64,000 bases of DNA from the NCBI RefSeq assembly GCF_009914755.1, contig NC_060932.1; one strand, 5' to 3'. A program made the translations under genes and the position numbers. The notes beneath the pieces were generated by a model. The model did no database searches and was not told the DNA's origin. It saw nothing but the letters and a program-made list of their open reading frames with translations. This stretch comes from the human T2T-CHM13v2.0 reference genome, Homo sapiens. Shown here piece by piece: positions 61,550 to 64,000 of the stretch; within the stretch, counting starts at the first letter, position 1; every line of letters starts with the position of its first letter.

Positions 61550-62519
61550 TTAATATTCAAACATCACTATCACTGGTGCTTTACAGAAATTACTCTATTC
61601 TATGGCTGCCAATTCGTGAATTTTCTTTTAAAAAATCAATTTAGGGCAATCAACCATCCCATTTTCCTGGAACCGAGAGGCTTCCCCAGGTGCAGGAATT
61701 ACAATGTTACAACTGGGACAGTCCTGGAAAAAATATGGCACAGTTGTTCATGTGAGGTGACTAGAGATGTGCACAGTTGCTGTAGGATTGCACAACACCA
61801 GCCATGAAAGACAAAGCATCTCTATCACAAGAAATTGTATGGGTTCATTCACAAAAGGTTTTCATTGTCTAGAACTAGTATGTAACTTTATCACAAACTC
61901 TCCTTTTAAAATATATTATAGGTAATTATACATTAAGAGAATTTTGAAAAGAACAACATGCATAGCTGAAATAGATTTGGCAGCATTTATTGAACACTCC
62001 CCCCGCATATTAATGTCTGGGTCACACCAAATGTGAGTTTCAATGAAGCATTCATTGTGCATTAACAAAACAGTCACATAGGGGCTGCTGTCAGCCAGTG
62101 AAAAGAAACACTAAATCCATTGATTGAACTCAACATGCTGACAGAAAAGCATGTTGAAATAGAAAAAGTGTAAGAAGAAAATCAATTCAACCAAAACAAA
62201 TGTCCCTAATCAAATAGGAAGCTTGACTTTCAGCAAAGTAGTTTCAGGAATATGAGCATATGATTTGCCCCATCAATCATATCATCTGTCTATCAACCCT
62301 ACATCCTCACCTTAGGCAGTACAGAGCACCGGATTCTTCAAAGGAAGAAGAACAACTGTCATTATATGTGAAGTAACTCATGCAATGTTACACACAAATT
62401 GAAAAGAGGAAACTATTTCTGTGAATGCTGTGTGGTTAACTAAATATGTATTTCTTTCTGAAGATTTGTCTTCGTTGGCAACATTGTTCTTTTTCATTTG
62501 CTTGTTTTGTTGGCTTGTT

Positions 62520-63950
62520 TGAAGAGAGATTTTTTTCTTTCTTTCTTATTCATACATTTATTGAAGTGTAACAAGCCAAAAAGCGCACAGATCGTGAATG
62601 TCTAACTCTATGAATTTTTACAAAGTGAACCGCCACACAGATCAACACTTAGACAATTACCAACACCCCAAAGCCTTCTTGTACCTTCTCCCAGTCACCA
62701 TCCTCTCCTCCCATCTTGCCAAACTATCAGTTTTACATCTTCTTTAAAGTTTTTTTGTAAATGAAATCATACTATATATAACATTTTGTTCAACATGATT
62801 TTGGTGAAATGTATTCATGTTATTGTTTGTAGTATTGTTTCATTTACTTCAATTTCTACATAGAATTTATAGTGTATAAACACAAGTAGGGGATGATTAA
62901 CATTTCTAAATTCTTGAAATTTTTATTAAGATAATTGTGGATACACATGTGGTAGGTAGTACAAAATAATATAAAGAGATTACATGTATTATTTACCTAG
63001 TTTCCCCGAGTGGTAACATCTTGCAAAACTATAACAATCAGGACATTGACATGGATACAACCTACCAGCCTCGTTAAAACTTTCCCTGTTTTATTCGTAT
63101 TTTGTATGTACATTTGTGCATGTAGCTCTGCACAAATACGTCACATGTCTCGGCTCCTGAATCCACCGCCATAGTCAATGCAGGGCAGCTCCATTCCTTC
63201 CAAATTCTCTGGTGCTCTTCCCTTAAAATCACACTCATGCCCCTCTTGCTACACCCCCTTCACTGTCCCTAACCCCTGGCAACCACTAATCAGTATCCAT
63301 CTCTAAATTATTCATTTAAAAAAATCATACAAATGAAATCACAGTGTTTAACAACCTGGGATTCGATTTTACTTAGCTTAATTCCTGGAAGATTTATCCC
63401 AGTTGTTGTTTATACCAATAGTTTGTTCCCTTTTATCGCTGGGTAGTATGTCATGTTGTGGATATACCACAGCTTGCTTAATTAACCACCTGGTAAAGGG
63501 TATTTGGACTGATACTAGTTTTGGCAGATGACACCTAAAGCTGCTTTGAATATGTGTGTGCAGGTTTCTGTGTGAGCATAAATCTTCATTTACCTGAGAT
63601 AAAAGCGCAAGAGGGCAATAGCTGCATTGTGAAATCATGTTGAGTATTTAAAGAAACTACCAAATTTTTCCCCAGACTGTTTGTACATTCCCACCAGCAG
63701 TGTGTGAGCACCCCAGATTCTTTGTATTCTCAATAGGCATTCGGTGTTGTCGGCATTTTTCCACACTTTAACAGCTACGTGCATTTAACTAATGGGTAAT
63801 GATGTACAACATTGTCTCATGGGTTTATTTGCCATTTATACGTCTTCTTGAATGAGAGGTCTCTCTTTTCCTCCTTTTAAATACTGAAAACTCTCTTGAT
63901 ATATTGTAGTACAGATACCAGTCCTTGTCAGAAATTAGCAGTTTTGATTT
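62520..63950 (-). mobile_element. Old L1M (L1ME and L1MC/MD-type) 3' fragments
   Basis: ggtaacatcttgcaaaactataac...cctaacccctggcaaccactaat...cattcccaccagcagtgtgtgag. Confidence 0.72.
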
Positions 63951-64000
63951 AAATATAGTCAATTTTGGTTCCACATGCAATTACAACAAATTATATTCCA

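Overview
Eukaryotic, primate (human-like) genomic DNA, not a prokaryotic locus. The window lies inside CSMD1 (CUB and Sushi multiple domains 1), transcribed on the minus strand. It holds three coding exons with canonical AG/GT boundaries that splice in frame: 61394-61282 (113 nt, end of a CUB domain), 1796-1614 (183 nt, one Sushi/CCP domain) and 416-90 (327 nt, one CUB domain). From memory these are exons 12-14, encoding CUB3 end, Sushi3 and CUB4. About 59.5 kb is a single intron filled with interspersed repeats: about 12 Alus, a full-length but inactivated sense-oriented L1PA, older L1/L2/MIR fragments, MaLR solo LTRs, DNA transposons (Tigger3b, MER1A, MER20, MER44) and simple repeats. I see no undescribed multi-gene system. 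The most interesting sequence-level signals are: (1) a 72-bp templated insertion with snap-back segments at 27512-27593 that looks like a Pol theta/SD-MMEJ repair scar; (2) a 38-bp minisatellite built from an Alu terminus plus its target-site duplication; (3) a 650-bp alternating purine/pyrimidine array with about 40 RCGTG cores and a 66-bp perfect palindrome; (4) an L1 ORF0 broken by a stop codon but with a new in-frame ATG. Repeat subfamily names come from recalled consensus sequences and need RepeatMasker/Dfam confirmation.
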